A stretch of DNA of 64,000 nucleotides from an uncultured Spirochaetota bacterium (GCA_963768055.1 CAVYGN010000002.1:640001-704000); one strand, 5' to 3'; numbered from the stretch's first letter, positions 20,265 through 32,016 are shown. The notes: generated by a model not told the origin, from the letters alone. A program made the numbers and translations.

Positions 20265-21956
20265 ATGCAAAAAAGAAGGGATTATATAATCCTATCTATA
20301 GTAGTGATTATCGCATGGATTATTTCCTACCTGATTTTTCGCTGGCTTGTCTCAATTCATGCAAATTTAACACTGAAAATAGTTGTACCATCAGTGTTTT
20401 TTTTATCGCTTTTTTCAGGACTCTGGTTATTTTATAATTTCATTATGCTCTTTTTTTTCCAGAGTAAGGGCGTCAGGGGATATAAACTTAGAGGAAAAAT
20501 AACTTCATATTTTCTATTATCAACTCTCAGTTTTATTCTGGTTTTCGGCAGCTTAATGTTTTCACTCATATTTATTATCGAAAACACTTTTATCGACAGG
20601 GATAGTACAATAGCAGACAGCCTTCTAAAAAATTATAAAAACATTATATGGGCCCATAAAAATAAATACGAGTCTGAAATTCTTACGGCCTCTGTTAAAG
20701 ATCCATCCTACTTCCCGATAATTTTTAAAATTGACGGAAAACATTTGTTATTTATTAAAAATAATGATTTACAACTTTCCAGGGCCATTGAATCTTATCC
20801 GGGTACCATAATAAAATTCTTTTCGGAAGGTTCCGCAAATATATATTATTCCAGCGATTCGTACAATATTAACATTGTGCGTCATAATGGATTCTATTAT
20901 GCCGGATATACCGAGAAGGTTCTGACCGATGCCATTCAAACACTAAATAATAACCTTGACTCTATTATAAGGCTAAAACAAACAAAGAAATTTATTCTCC
21001 CTGTTTCCATACTATCTATTTTTATACTCGCAGTTCCAATACTGATCGGAGTGTTTTTTGTCAGTTTATCGGTAGCCAAAAATATTACCGTTCCAATCGA
21101 AGAAATCGCCAAGGGAATAAAAATAATTTCTGAAAAAAATCTTGACTATAAGGTAAAAATAAAATCACAAGACGAGATCGGAGATCTAGCCTATCACTTC
21201 AATTCCATGGCAACACGGTTAAAATTTGCATATCAGCAAATAAAAAGAATGGAAAGAATAGAAGCCTGGCAGGAAATGGCCCGCAGACTGGCGCATGAGG
21301 TAAAAAACCCTCTTACTCCTATTAAATTATCTACAGAAAGGCTTCTTTATACCTATGAGTTCAAACCTCAGGACTTTGGAGATATCCTTAATAAAACGAC
21401 AGCTACAATAATAAGTGAAACTAAAAGGCTTGAAAAGCTCGTTAATGAATTTTCCAGGTTTGCCAGGCTGCCAAATGTAAAGCTTGAAAACAAAAATATC
21501 GCTTTAACCCTGAACGAATTGATAGACTTTTTCCAGGGGGCCTATCCTACTTTTAATATTATTAAAAATATCTCTTTCAAGGAATTATTCATCTTTTATG
21601 ACGAAAGCCAACTGAAGCAGGTTATTATTAATCTTGTAAATAACGCCATAGAAGCATGTGAAAATACTGAAAAATATGTTGAAATCAAAGCTGAGACCAA
21701 TGAAGATTATTTGTTATTATCAGTATATGATAAGGGGATAGGAATTCCTCAGGAAATCCAGAATAAAATATTCGAACCATATTTTACGACAAAAAAACAG
21801 GGTAACGGTATCGGATTGGCGATAGCCGAAAGGATTATTTCTGAGCATAACGGTAATATATGGTTTGAAAGCAGGAAGGAAGGAACTACTTTTATAATCC
21901 AAATACCGCTTGAAATAAATCCAATATTGAAATTGCCGAATGATAATAATTTATAA
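20265..21956 (+). CDS. NtrY-like sensor histidine kinase (multi-TM, HAMP, HisKA, HATPase)
   Basis: AWQEMARRLAHEVKNPLTPI, NLVNNA, DKGIGI, FEPYFTTK..GNGIGL. Confidence 0.92.
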   Translation: MQKRRDYIILSIVVIIAWIISYLIFRWLVSIHANLTLKIVVPSVFFLSLFSGLWLFYNFIMLFFFQSKGVRGYKLRGKITSYFLLSTLSFILVFGSLMFSLIFIIENTFIDRDSTIADSLLKNYKNIIWAHKNKYESEILTASVKDPSYFPIIFKIDGKHLLFIKNNDLQLSRAIESYPGTIIKFFSEGSANIYYSSDSYNINIVRHNGFYYAGYTEKVLTDAIQTLNNNLDSIIRLKQTKKFILPVSILSIFILAVPILIGVFFVSLSVAKNITVPIEEIAKGIKIISEKNLDYKVKIKSQDEIGDLAYHFNSMATRLKFAYQQIKRMERIEAWQEMARRLAHEVKNPLTPIKLSTERLLYTYEFKPQDFGDILNKTTATIISETKRLEKLVNEFSRFARLPNVKLENKNIALTLNELIDFFQGAYPTFNIIKNISFKELFIFYDESQLKQVIINLVNNAIEACENTEKYVEIKAETNEDYLLLSVYDKGIGIPQEIQNKIFEPYFTTKKQGNGIGLAIAERIISEHNGNIWFESRKEGTTFIIQIPLEINPILKLPNDNNL

Positions 21957-21965
21957 GAGGATTCA

Positions 21966-23330
21966 ATGAAATATAGGGTTTTAGTTGTTGACGATGAGGA
22001 AAAAATCCGGGAAACCATTTCAGATATTCTTATGGATGAAGGTTATGAGGTTATTTGCTCAAATGATGGGGAAGACGCGATTAAAAAAATATTATTCGAG
22101 GATTTAGATGCAGTTTTACTTGATGTAATGTTGCCGAAAAAAGGCGGAATGGATGTTCTCGATTATATCCACAATGAATTCCCACTTATCCCAGCTCTTA
22201 TAATATCTGGACATGGCGATATCAAAATGGCAGTTGAGGCTATGAAAAAAGGCGCATATGATTTTCTGGAAAAACCGCTTTCATTTGAAAGAATTCTTAA
22301 TTCAATCCGGAACGCAGTTAAATTAAAAGAACTTCAGATGGAAAATCTGAATCTAAAGTCAAAAATCGAACCTGTCCAATTTATCGGAAATAGCCGGGGA
22401 ATACAGGAAATAATGGCAAAACTCCCCCAAATAGCTCAAAGCGATGCTTCAGTTCTGATAACTGGAGAAAACGGTACCGGGAAAGAACTTATTGCCAGAA
22501 TGATCCATAGCAACTCCCTGAGAAAAAATTTTCCTTTTATTAGCATCAACTGCGCAGCTATTCCCGAAACTTTAATAGAGTCTGAACTTTTCGGATATGA
22601 AAAAGGCGCTTTTACAGGCGCGATCCGCCAAAAAAAGGGAAAATTTGAAACTGCTCATAGAGGTACGCTGTTTCTTGATGAAATCGGGGACTTGAGCCTG
22701 ACCGCACAGGCAAAAGTCCTAAGAGCAATTCAAGAAAAAGAGATACAAAGAGTCGGAGGCAATGAAATAATAAAGGTAGATGTCAGGCTTATCACGGCTA
22801 CTAATAAAGAACTTTCGGATGAAATAAGGCAGGGTAATTTCAGACAGGATCTTTTTTACAGGCTGAATGTTATCCCGATTTTAATACCGCCCCTTCGTGA
22901 AAGGAATGATGATATAGAACCTCTTATTCTTTATTATATTGATGAACTAGCTACAAAGAGGGGTAAATGTGTTTCTCTTTCAAGGGCCGCCATTCACATA
23001 CTTGAAAACAGGAATTGGCCCGGAAATGTCAGAGAACTCCGTAATTTCATAGAAAGGCTTATCATCTTAAATAACAAGCCTAACATCGAAGCTGAAGATG
23101 TCATGAAATTATTATATTCTGAAGAAAATAATATAAATTTGAAGTATGAAAAAATGAATCTAAAAGAAGCGAAGCATGATTTTGAAAAAAAATTGATAAT
23201 AAACAGACTGATCCGCATGAATAACAACATCACAAAAACTGCCGAATCACTTGAAATTGAAAGAACGTATCTGCATAGAAAAATCAAAGAGCTTAAAATA
23301 GATACCGACCTTGAATTAAAAGAGGAATAA
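21966..23330 (+). CDS. NtrX/NtrC-family sigma54-dependent response regulator
   Basis: REC domain, GENGTGKE, ESELFG.EKGAFTGA, FLDEIG, WPGNVREL, Fis-type HTH. Confidence 0.94.
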   Translation: MKYRVLVVDDEEKIRETISDILMDEGYEVICSNDGEDAIKKILFEDLDAVLLDVMLPKKGGMDVLDYIHNEFPLIPALIISGHGDIKMAVEAMKKGAYDFLEKPLSFERILNSIRNAVKLKELQMENLNLKSKIEPVQFIGNSRGIQEIMAKLPQIAQSDASVLITGENGTGKELIARMIHSNSLRKNFPFISINCAAIPETLIESELFGYEKGAFTGAIRQKKGKFETAHRGTLFLDEIGDLSLTAQAKVLRAIQEKEIQRVGGNEIIKVDVRLITATNKELSDEIRQGNFRQDLFYRLNVIPILIPPLRERNDDIEPLILYYIDELATKRGKCVSLSRAAIHILENRNWPGNVRELRNFIERLIILNNKPNIEAEDVMKLLYSEENNINLKYEKMNLKEAKHDFEKKLIINRLIRMNNNITKTAESLEIERTYLHRKIKELKIDTDLELKEE

Positions 23331-23341
23331 TAAGGAATACT

Positions 23342-24487
23342 TCAATATTTTAACAAAGTTGACAATTTATCAATCTCATCGGGATCATCAATGGTTTTAT
23401 AAATAATCCGTGAAGAATCCTGCCTGAGATCAGACTCTATCGGGTTTCTGAGCGGAAACCCCTGAAAATTCTTCAATATGACAATACTGGGCCTCATAGT
23501 ATATTCGTCTTCCTTGTCTAAAACATATCCAATTTCACCTGTATTCAGGTATACATAACTTCCTACAGGATAATAAGAACCCAGTTCAAACATTTTTGAA
23601 AGCTCGTTTACAAACCTCTGAGTAACAAAGGGATTGAAATGCTTCATTGTATTTCTCATAATGTAAAGCAGAGCATCGTTCACGCAATATGCCTGTTTAT
23701 AGGGCCTTTCCGTCGTCAGTGCGTCATAAACATCGCTAACCGATACAATCCCCGCGAAGTTTCCAATCGCTTCTTCTTTCAATCCTAGAGGATATCCGGA
23801 TCCGTCCCATTTTTCATGATGATATATAATTATTTTTTTAATATAACTGCTCAGACTATTATCTTCCCTTATCAGATTATAGCCATAAATAGGGTGCTTT
23901 TTCATTTCACGAAATTCTTCAGCCGTAAGCATCCCATTTTTATTTACAATTTTGCTGGGAACCAGGATTTTACCAATATCATGAAGAAATCCTCCAAGCC
24001 CTACATCCAGTGCAAAAAGATCATTAAAACCCAGTTTTTTTGTGAGAAAAACGGATAATATCCCTACATTGATCGAATGATAATAGGTATAAGAATCATA
24101 ATCCTTCAGCACCATAAGGTTTAGAAAATTATCGGGATGAGATTTGACTTCTTCAAGGAATCTCTCAACTGTTTTTTTAGCCGCTTTCAGATCTTTCAGT
24201 TTTCCATATCTTATCTGATGTCCAACCTCTTCTATTGTATCCAGTGCAAATTCACGGGTGGAGTTTGAGAAGACCGGCGGTTTACTGAAGATGTCTTTAA
24301 ATTTCGGGGCTGAATAGTAAATATTTTTAACGCCCCTTTCTTTTAATTTATCTATAAAGCTCGATGTGAGAGGCTTACGGGCCGGCCATAGCATATTCCC
24401 GTATTCATCGTAAACTATACCGCAAAGAAGCACACCTTCTCTTAAAAATTTGACATCAATAATTTCTAACTTTTCTTTTTCAAGCAT
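23342..24487 (-). CDS. HD-GYP cyclic-dinucleotide phosphodiesterase
   Basis: YTYYHSINV, LHDIGK, HHEKWDGSGYP, DVYDALT..RPYK. Confidence 0.92.
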   Translation of the reverse strand: MLEKEKLEIIDVKFLREGVLLCGIVYDEYGNMLWPARKPLTSSFIDKLKERGVKNIYYSAPKFKDIFSKPPVFSNSTREFALDTIEEVGHQIRYGKLKDLKAAKKTVERFLEEVKSHPDNFLNLMVLKDYDSYTYYHSINVGILSVFLTKKLGFNDLFALDVGLGGFLHDIGKILVPSKIVNKNGMLTAEEFREMKKHPIYGYNLIREDNSLSSYIKKIIIYHHEKWDGSGYPLGLKEEAIGNFAGIVSVSDVYDALTTERPYKQAYCVNDALLYIMRNTMKHFNPFVTQRFVNELSKMFELGSYYPVGSYVYLNTGEIGYVLDKEDEYTMRPSIVILKNFQGFPLRNPIESDLRQDSSRIIYKTIDDPDEIDKLSTLLKY

Positions 24488-24542
24488 ATTATGCCTTTAA
24501 TGATCCCCGGATAATCAAAATTTTTTATTACTAATAATATTA

Positions 24543-27179
24543 TTATTTAAGCCCGAGGTTATTTCTAATTTTATTTCTTTCACCCTCCATAAATGATATC
24601 TTCTCTTTTTCTTTATTAATCACTGCTTCCGGGGCCCTGCTTAAAAAACTTGAATTTGACAGCTTTTTCATTGCCGATTCAATTGAGGTTTCAAGTCTCT
24701 TTAGTTCCGCTATTAGTTTATCTTTTTCTTTTTTAATATCGACAATCCCTTTAAGGGAAATATACACTTCAAACCCTTTTCCGACACCCAGTACCTCATC
24801 CTTTTCTTTATCATGCTCTCCGTCTAAAACCAGTTTTTCAACTTTAGACAGCTTTTTTATTACATTTAAATGTTTAAGCATAAAATCAGCAAAGTTTTTA
24901 TCTCCGGCTTTCATCACCGCTTCAACCATAACATTTGGCAGTATCTTATTCTCTCCACGTATGTTGCGAATAGTTCTGATAAAATTTTGAACCATGGAAA
25001 CAAGATTTTCCTCTTCTTCATAAATCAGTGCTTCGTTAAATTCAGGATAATTATCAATAACCAGCGAAACCTTATGCTGTGGAAGGCTCCGATGTATCAT
25101 TTCTGTAATAAAAGGCATAAAGGGGTGTAAAAGCTTGAGGCTTCCTTCAAGAGTATATAATAATACAGAGATTTTAGAATCCTTATCCTCCTGTTCCCCT
25201 TTATAAATCGCAACCTTTGAAATCTCAATGTACCAATCGCAGAATTCGCTCCAAATAAAGTCATAGAGACTTATTGCCGCATCGTTGAAATTAAAATTCT
25301 CTATCTCGTCCCTGACTTTCTTAACTGTTTTATTGAACTTCGATAGTATCCATTTATCAAAATCGTCAAGCCGGATATTCCACGGGTTTTTAATCACGGT
25401 TATTGAAGAGTTTTGCAGAATGAACCGTGAAGCATTCCAAATTTTATTCGCGAAATTTCTTCCTAATTCACAATTCTCTTTAGTGTAATAAATATCATTT
25501 CCCAAAGGCGCCAACCTCGTTATGGTGAAACGAAGAGCATCGGCCCCGTATTCCTTTATTACATCTATCGGATCAGGCGAATTACCAAGCGATTTGCTCA
25601 TTTTTCTTCCCAAATCGTCTCTTACTATCCCGGTAAAATAAACTTTGCTGAATGGTATTTTTTTCAAAAATTCCAGACCGGCAACTATCATTCTGGCCAC
25701 CCAGAAAAAGATAATTTCAGGAGCAGTAACCAGCGTGTCTGTAGGGTAATAATATTTCAGGTTTTTATCGACCACAGGCCAACTGTGAACTGCGAAAGGC
25801 CAAAGCCAAGAAGAAGCCCAAGTATCCAGAACATCCTCATCCTGCCTCAATACCGTGTTGCCGCATTCATCGCATTTTTCAGGAACTTGTTCAAAAGCGT
25901 CATAATGGCCGCATTCATCACAGTAATATACCGGTATTCGATGGCCCCACCATAACTGCCTCGATATACACCAATCTTTAACATTTTCAAGCCAGTGAAA
26001 ATACGTTTTCGTCCACCTTTCAGGATAGAAGGTTATCTTGCCGTTTTTAACCGCTTTCATTGCAGGTTTGACAAGTTCATCCATCTTCATAAACCACTGT
26101 TCCGAAAGGTAAGGCTCAATAGGAACATGCCCCCGTTCGCTATAACCGACCTTATGGGTATAATTCTCGACCTTTGAAAGCAGTTTTAGTTCCTTCATTT
26201 TCTCAACAACAGCTTCCCTGGCTTCATACCTGTCCATTCCGCGAAAATCTTCCGGTACATTTTCATTTAATGTTGCATCTTTGTTCAAAATATTTAAAAA
26301 TTCCAATTCATGATTATTACCGATAATGTAATCATTAGGGTCATGAGCGGGAGTGATCTTTACAACGCCTGTACCGAACTCCCTATCGACATACTCATCC
26401 GCAATTACCGGTATTTCCTTGTCAACGATGGGAAGTATTACATACTTTCCAACATATTCCCGGTATCGATTGTCCCCGGGATTGACTGCAACAGCGGTAT
26501 CGCCAAACATAGTCTCGGGTCTTGTGGTTGCAATTTCGAGACATTTATCCGAATCTTTCAAGGGGTATTTGAAGTGCCAGAGTTTACCTTCGACCTCTTG
26601 ATAATACACTTCCTCATCCGAAATTGCCGATTTGGAAACGGGGCACCAGTTAACAAGCCTATAACCCTTATAAATATATCCTTTTTTATATAAATAAACA
26701 AAGCTATGAATAACAGCCTTATAATATCCATCATCCATAGTGAATCTTTCCCGATCCCAGTCGCAGCTGGCCCCCATTTTTTTCAGCTGGCTTATAATTA
26801 TCCCACCATATTTTCTTTTCCATTCCCACGCATATTCAAGGAATTTTTCACGCCCTATTTCAAATTTATCGATCCCTTTATCCTCAAGATACTTAGCAAC
26901 TTTTGCTTCAGTCGCTATCGAGGCATGATCGGTGCCGGGGATCCAGCATACCTCAAAACCGTTCATCCTGTGATAACGTATTAATATATCCTGGATAGTA
27001 TTGTTCAGGATATGTCCCATATGAAGCACGCCGGTAACATTAGGAGGAGGAATCACTATTGTATAAGGTTTTTTATCCGGATTAACAGAACTTTTAAAGT
27101 AACCTTCACGGAGCCAATATTCATATATTTCCCCCTCGAATTCAGATGGATTATAAGCACTTTCCAATGCCGGATTCAT
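24543..27179 (-). CDS. valS: Valine--tRNA ligase
   Basis: PPPNVTGVLHMGH, DWCISRQLWWGH, KMSKS; start ATG 27179 (the track's TTG at 27248 coincides with the -35 box). Confidence 0.98.
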   Translation of the reverse strand: MNPALESAYNPSEFEGEIYEYWLREGYFKSSVNPDKKPYTIVIPPPNVTGVLHMGHILNNTIQDILIRYHRMNGFEVCWIPGTDHASIATEAKVAKYLEDKGIDKFEIGREKFLEYAWEWKRKYGGIIISQLKKMGASCDWDRERFTMDDGYYKAVIHSFVYLYKKGYIYKGYRLVNWCPVSKSAISDEEVYYQEVEGKLWHFKYPLKDSDKCLEIATTRPETMFGDTAVAVNPGDNRYREYVGKYVILPIVDKEIPVIADEYVDREFGTGVVKITPAHDPNDYIIGNNHELEFLNILNKDATLNENVPEDFRGMDRYEAREAVVEKMKELKLLSKVENYTHKVGYSERGHVPIEPYLSEQWFMKMDELVKPAMKAVKNGKITFYPERWTKTYFHWLENVKDWCISRQLWWGHRIPVYYCDECGHYDAFEQVPEKCDECGNTVLRQDEDVLDTWASSWLWPFAVHSWPVVDKNLKYYYPTDTLVTAPEIIFFWVARMIVAGLEFLKKIPFSKVYFTGIVRDDLGRKMSKSLGNSPDPIDVIKEYGADALRFTITRLAPLGNDIYYTKENCELGRNFANKIWNASRFILQNSSITVIKNPWNIRLDDFDKWILSKFNKTVKKVRDEIENFNFNDAAISLYDFIWSEFCDWYIEISKVAIYKGEQEDKDSKISVLLYTLEGSLKLLHPFMPFITEMIHRSLPQHKVSLVIDNYPEFNEALIYEEEENLVSMVQNFIRTIRNIRGENKILPNVMVEAVMKAGDKNFADFMLKHLNVIKKLSKVEKLVLDGEHDKEKDEVLGVGKGFEVYISLKGIVDIKKEKDKLIAELKRLETSIESAMKKLSNSSFLSRAPEAVINKEKEKISFMEGERNKIRNNLGLK

Positions 27180-27219
27180 CAAAAAACCCCCGCTTTTTAA
27201 ATATATGAATATATACCAA

Positions 27220-27248
27220 ATTTTAAGGGGGGTAGGTTCAATTGTCAA
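27220..27248 (-). promoter_or_regulatory. sigma70 promoter for valS
   Basis: TTGACA-N17-TAAAAT on the minus strand. Confidence 0.7.
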
Positions 27249-27336
27249 GCGTACAATTACTTTAATTAATCGTTAAAAAGGTATTATAATTATATGTGAT
27301 ATAATTATCTGTTCTATTACCGGGAGGTTTTTTCAT

Positions 27337-27540
27337 ATGATCAATGTAACAATCAACGGGGAGATCATAACCGCGGAAAACCGGAATATCTGGGATTTGA
27401 TAAAATTCGATAAAAAACTGGAACCTTCGCAAGTTGTAGTCGAGTATAATCAGAAAATACTAAAACGGGAATATTGGAAGAGCACAGTTTTAAAAGAGGG
27501 TGATAAGCTTGAAATTGTAAGTTTTGTAGGCGGAGGGTGA
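27337..27540 (+). CDS. thiS: Sulfur carrier protein ThiS
   Basis: 67 aa, VVEYN, C-terminal LEIVSFVGGG; GGGAGG SD. Confidence 0.9.
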   Translation: MINVTINGEIITAENRNIWDLIKFDKKLEPSQVVVEYNQKILKREYWKSTVLKEGDKLEIVSFVGGG

Positions 27541-27552
27541 TTCCTTCCGTTT

Positions 27553-28416
27553 CTATTCAGGATTGAAATCGCCGAAATCGTCCTCATGGCTATTCATCTT
27601 CAGCTTCGGGACTTTCGGAATATTCCGCCCATAAAATATTTCCGACATTTCTTTCTTCAGGCGCTGTTTTATCTTTTTCTTTTCTCCCTGCAGGAGGTTC
27701 TTTTTTCCGGTTCCGAATAAATAATTATCAAGGTCAAATTCCTTGAGTATTAATTTTGTATGGAATATATTTTCCTGATAAACGTTAACATCGACTGCAT
27801 GAAACGTGTCAAGGGACTCTTCAGATATAAAGTTTTGAATTGAATTTATCTTATGATCGATAAAAAATTTTTTACCGTCGACATCCCTGGTAAACCCGCG
27901 TACCCTGTAATCCAGCATCATTATATCAGGGTTGAAGCTATGAATCAGATAGTTCAGGGCTTTCAGGGGAGAAACGAGACCGCATGTCGACACATCAATA
28001 TCCGCTCTGAAAGTGCTTATCCCATTATCCGGGTGACTTTCAGGAAAGGTATGGACTGTAATATGGCTTTTATCGAGATGTCCGACAACAGCATTTGGAA
28101 TAGGCCCCGGAAGTTCCGCGTTTGGGAAGTCTTCCGGAACATCCGCTTTATCGGAAATCAGAATAGTCACGCTTGATCCCTGGGGATCAAAATCCTGCTT
28201 CGCTATATTCAAGATCCTGGCCCCGATGATTTTTACAACATCGCTTAGAATATGAGTCAGCCGTTCTGCATTATACTCCTCATCTATGTACTCTATATAA
28301 GCATGCCTGTGTTCTGTCGTTTTCGCATAGCATATATCATACATATTGAAACTAAGAGTTTTTGTCAGATTGTTAAACCCGAAAAGCTTAAGCTTTTTCA
28401 AGGGCTTTACTTCCAT
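27553..28416 (-). CDS. speD: S-adenosylmethionine decarboxylase proenzyme (E. coli-type long form)
   Basis: [30 protein letters not shown] self-cleavage motif, DVSTCG..SPL.ALNY. Confidence 0.92.
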   Translation of the reverse strand: MEVKPLKKLKLFGFNNLTKTLSFNMYDICYAKTTEHRHAYIEYIDEEYNAERLTHILSDVVKIIGARILNIAKQDFDPQGSSVTILISDKADVPEDFPNAELPGPIPNAVVGHLDKSHITVHTFPESHPDNGISTFRADIDVSTCGLVSPLKALNYLIHSFNPDIMMLDYRVRGFTRDVDGKKFFIDHKINSIQNFISEESLDTFHAVDVNVYQENIFHTKLILKEFDLDNYLFGTGKKNLLQGEKKKIKQRLKKEMSEIFYGRNIPKVPKLKMNSHEDDFGDFNPE

Positions 28417-28461
28417 CCTTTTCTCCTGAACATTATAAATTATGTTACGGTTAATTTTAAT

Positions 28462-30156
28462 TCAATCGATGAAATCCATCAATTCCTTTACACGTTTCGG
28501 ATTTCTCAGCTTCCTGAGGGCTTTTGCCTCGATCTGGCGAATCCTCTCCCTTGTTACCTGGAAAAGATACCCCACCTCTTCAAGTGTGTGGGAATAACCG
28601 TCTTCCAGCCCGAACCGCATTCTCAAAACCTTCTGTTCCCTCAGAGGAAGCTGGTCTATAATCTCGCCTAATTTTTCTCTGAGCATATTATTCATGGTTG
28701 AATTAAGCGGACTTGCAGCTTTAATATCCTCGATAAAATCACCCAGGGCGGAATCCTCATCCCTGCCCACCGGTGTTTCAAGAGAAACAGGGTCATTAGC
28801 TACACTTTTAATATTCTTAACCTTAGAAATACCCCAGCCTACACGGGTGGATATTTCTTCAACGGAAGGCAGCCTCCCAAGGTCCTGGGTAAGATCCATT
28901 TCGGCTTTTTTTACCTTGTTTATTTGTTCTATCATATGTATAGGCACACGGATAGTCCGGGACTGCTCGGAAATCGAGCGAGTTATTGCCTGCCTTATCC
29001 ACCAGGTAGCATAAGTTGAAAATTTATAACCTTTCCTGTATTCAAATTTCTCAACAGCCCTTATCAGTCCTATATTGCCTTCCTGGATAAGATCGAATAG
29101 ATGAACACCCCTGTTTATATATCTTTTTCCAATGCTGACAACCAGTCTTAAATTGGCCTGGACAAGTTCTTTTTTCCTTTCTTCAACTATATTCTTCCCT
29201 TCTTTTATTTCATGTGACCAGTGGATCAATTCAATGGTTGAAACCTTATATGTATTCTCGATCTCTCCTATTTTCCCTTCTTTCTCTTCAATGCTCTGAA
29301 TAAGTGTTTTTATAGAATCGTTGGCAGGGTTCTGCTTTTGAAGTTTATAGAGATCGCTAATCACGATATTATTGACTTCTTCCACCTTCTTGAAATAATC
29401 CAGGAATTTTTCAAGATCCTCGGCTACATAGATCAATTTTTCAGCAGCATTAAGAAGGATCTTTTGGTTTATATCTATGGTTTTTATATCATCAACGAAT
29501 TTTCTCCTGATGATTCGAATATCCTCTTTTAATTCCGCTTTTTTTCTTTCATTCGAATTTTCCCATTCCCTGTCGATTTTTTCCATTTCGTTATAGAAAT
29601 CTTTCAGGTAAGAGGCAACCCTGGCAATTACTTTCATCCTCTCTTTTCTTTCTTTCGCTGTGATATTATATATCTTTGGGAGATTGAAAAAATTATATAA
29701 TTTACCCTTTCCCTTAAGAATATCTTCGATAATACGGTTAATTTCAGGGACAAGGAATCCGGCATTATAAACAGAACTATTTATCTTGAGCTGTCCTTCC
29801 TCTATCTTTTTAGCTATTTCAATTTCCTGCGGCTGTGCAAGGAGTGGAATTTTACCAATTTTTTTCAAGTAAATCCTCAGGGGATTATCCGATTGCTCGT
29901 CTTCGCTTTCTATGATAATCGAGTCGATATCATCGTATGAATCCTCAATAAATTCGTCAAATTCCTCAAGAAAAGCATCAGCTATATTAACTTCGTTTTC
30001 TTCAAGCAGGCGAAGGACATTGTCGATGCCTTCAGGCGATGAGATAACGGATTCAGGCAGGCGGTCTAATATTTCATCGTAAGTCAGCATCCCTTTCTCT
30101 TTTCCAAATTTTATCAGCCGATTTACATCTTCATTCTCAAGTAAATCATCGAACAT
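28462..30156 (-). CDS. rpoD: Primary sigma factor
   Basis: [42 protein letters not shown]. Confidence 0.97.
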   Translation of the reverse strand: MFDDLLENEDVNRLIKFGKEKGMLTYDEILDRLPESVISSPEGIDNVLRLLEENEVNIADAFLEEFDEFIEDSYDDIDSIIIESEDEQSDNPLRIYLKKIGKIPLLAQPQEIEIAKKIEEGQLKINSSVYNAGFLVPEINRIIEDILKGKGKLYNFFNLPKIYNITAKERKERMKVIARVASYLKDFYNEMEKIDREWENSNERKKAELKEDIRIIRRKFVDDIKTIDINQKILLNAAEKLIYVAEDLEKFLDYFKKVEEVNNIVISDLYKLQKQNPANDSIKTLIQSIEEKEGKIGEIENTYKVSTIELIHWSHEIKEGKNIVEERKKELVQANLRLVVSIGKRYINRGVHLFDLIQEGNIGLIRAVEKFEYRKGYKFSTYATWWIRQAITRSISEQSRTIRVPIHMIEQINKVKKAEMDLTQDLGRLPSVEEISTRVGWGISKVKNIKSVANDPVSLETPVGRDEDSALGDFIEDIKAASPLNSTMNNMLREKLGEIIDQLPLREQKVLRMRFGLEDGYSHTLEEVGYLFQVTRERIRQIEAKALRKLRNPKRVKELMDFID

Positions 30157-30231
30157 AATCTATATATCCTCCTGTGATCGTTTATTTTCCCTTTTTAACG
30201 GCAGGGAAAATCGCCATATATATAAAAACGA

Positions 30232-32016
30232 TTAATCAGACAGTTCCATTTCCCTGGCACAGTCTTTAATTTTTTCAATTACGATGAAACTTTCCATTTT
30301 AAGTTCTTCCTGCATTTTATTATATTTTTGCATATCCGATAATTTAGATTCACCCTGGTATTTTATAATCATTTTCGATAAATTCGCGATCTCTCTGCTC
30401 AAATATTGCGCTTTTAACCTGTAGGCGGATTCCCTTATAATTGAAGAGGATATTTTTTCGCTTTGCGCGTATTCAGAAACTCTGTCAAAGATTTCTCCTT
30501 TCTCCAGGGACGCTATAATTTCTCCTGTATTGATCGGGGTGTTATCCCGTAAAATTGAAAAAATCTTGCGGGCCTCATTATCTAAAAACATATCATCCTT
30601 TAATATACTCCCTATTTCAGTTATCAATTCCGGTTTATTTAACAGCATACCGATAATCTCGGATTCGAGATTATTCATTGCCGGCATTTTTAAAGCGGCG
30701 TCATTAATAATTATTCCTGTACTTTTTTCGTCCCTTAAATAATTCTGGTATTCCGATAAAATGACAGTATAATCTTCCCTGATAAAATCACCGATTTTTT
30801 TTAAATATTCCTCCCTGACGATAGAACTCTTTACCTTTTTTACAAATGGGAAAATGGAGAGAACAAATTTAACCTTATTTTTCGCCGCATCAACTTTTCT
30901 GGCAAAATATTTGATCTTGAAATCAATCGGGAGAAGCCTTTTATCCGTCTTGTATTTTAAAAAAGCATTTTTGCCTTTTTCCATTACGAAATCATACGGG
31001 TCCTTTTTCCCGGGTAAAATCACTACAGTTTGATTTAATTCGCTGTCAGCGGATACATCCAGCGCCCTATTTGCCGCGTTAATTCCCGCTTCATCTCCGT
31101 CAAATATGAAAACCACGCTTTCCGCGAACCTTTTTAAAATGGCAAGCTGGTTAATGGTGAGAGCCGTGCCGAGAGGGGCTACAGCGTTCTTTATACCGTT
31201 CTGATTAAGGGCTATGACATCCATATACCCTTCAACTATAAGCGCTTCTTTCTTTTTAATTATTTCATCCTTTGCAAAATTTAAAGAAAAAAGAAGCCCC
31301 CCTTTATGAAACACCGGATTTTCAGGACTATTGAGGTATTTTGCCTGGCTCTTATCCTCCGACAGGATACGGCCGCCGAAACCGACTGTATTCCCATCCC
31401 TGTCGAAAATCGGAAAAATAATCCTGTCCTTGAACCTGTCAAAAAGACCGTCATTCCCCTGGCATGCCACTCCGGATTTCAGGATAAGATCATCCCCAAA
31501 ACCCTTACCCTTTAAAAACCCGGTCAACTTGTTCCAATTATTTCCTCCGAAACCTATACGAAAATCCTTTATTGTTTCTTCTGTAAGCCTTCTTTTTTTT
31601 AAATATTCCCTGGCTCCCTCCGCTTCGTTAGATTCAAGTAATTTGTGAAAATAGAGCATAGATTCTTTATTTATTTTTAGAAGCAAATCTTTTTCCTTTA
31701 CTGACACAAAATCCTTTTCACTGGAATATCCGGATAAATCTATTGAAGCCGTTTTTGCGAGTTCCTGAAGAGCTTCAATAAAACTTAACTTCCGGAATTC
31801 CATTAAAAAATGCAACGTGTTTCCCGAGGCTCCGCAACCGAAGCAATGATAAAGCCGTTTTTCTTCGCTGATAGAAAATGAAGGTGTTTTTTCCTGATGG
31901 AAAGGGCATAAAGCCAGGTAATTTCTCCCGCTCTTTTTAACTTCAGTATATTTTCCAATTACTTCGACTATAGAAACCCGATCGAGAATATTCCCGATGA
32001 CTTCCGGCGGTATCAA
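30232..32016 (-). CDS. dnaG: DNA primase
   Basis: CPFH.EKTPSF...CFGC zinc finger, KYLNSPE, VEGYMD, FDGD.AG; likely TTG start at 32016 after GGAG. Confidence 0.97.
   Translation of the reverse strand: MIPPEVIGNILDRVSIVEVIGKYTEVKKSGRNYLALCPFHQEKTPSFSISEEKRLYHCFGCGASGNTLHFLMEFRKLSFIEALQELAKTASIDLSGYSSEKDFVSVKEKDLLLKINKESMLYFHKLLESNEAEGAREYLKKRRLTEETIKDFRIGFGGNNWNKLTGFLKGKGFGDDLILKSGVACQGNDGLFDRFKDRIIFPIFDRDGNTVGFGGRILSEDKSQAKYLNSPENPVFHKGGLLFSLNFAKDEIIKKKEALIVEGYMDVIALNQNGIKNAVAPLGTALTINQLAILKRFAESVVFIFDGDEAGINAANRALDVSADSELNQTVVILPGKKDPYDFVMEKGKNAFLKYKTDKRLLPIDFKIKYFARKVDAAKNKVKFVLSIFPFVKKVKSSIVREEYLKKIGDFIREDYTVILSEYQNYLRDEKSTGIIINDAALKMPAMNNLESEIIGMLLNKPELITEIGSILKDDMFLDNEARKIFSILRDNTPINTGEIIASLEKGEIFDRVSEYAQSEKISSSIIRESAYRLKAQYLSREIANLSKMIIKYQGESKLSDMQKYNKMQEELKMESFIVIEKIKDCAREMELSD

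Noticed and set aside
30184..30211. 9-bp stem between dnaG and rpoD
   Set aside because: Weak stem with a 10-nt loop and no U-tract on the coding strand; not supportable as a terminator
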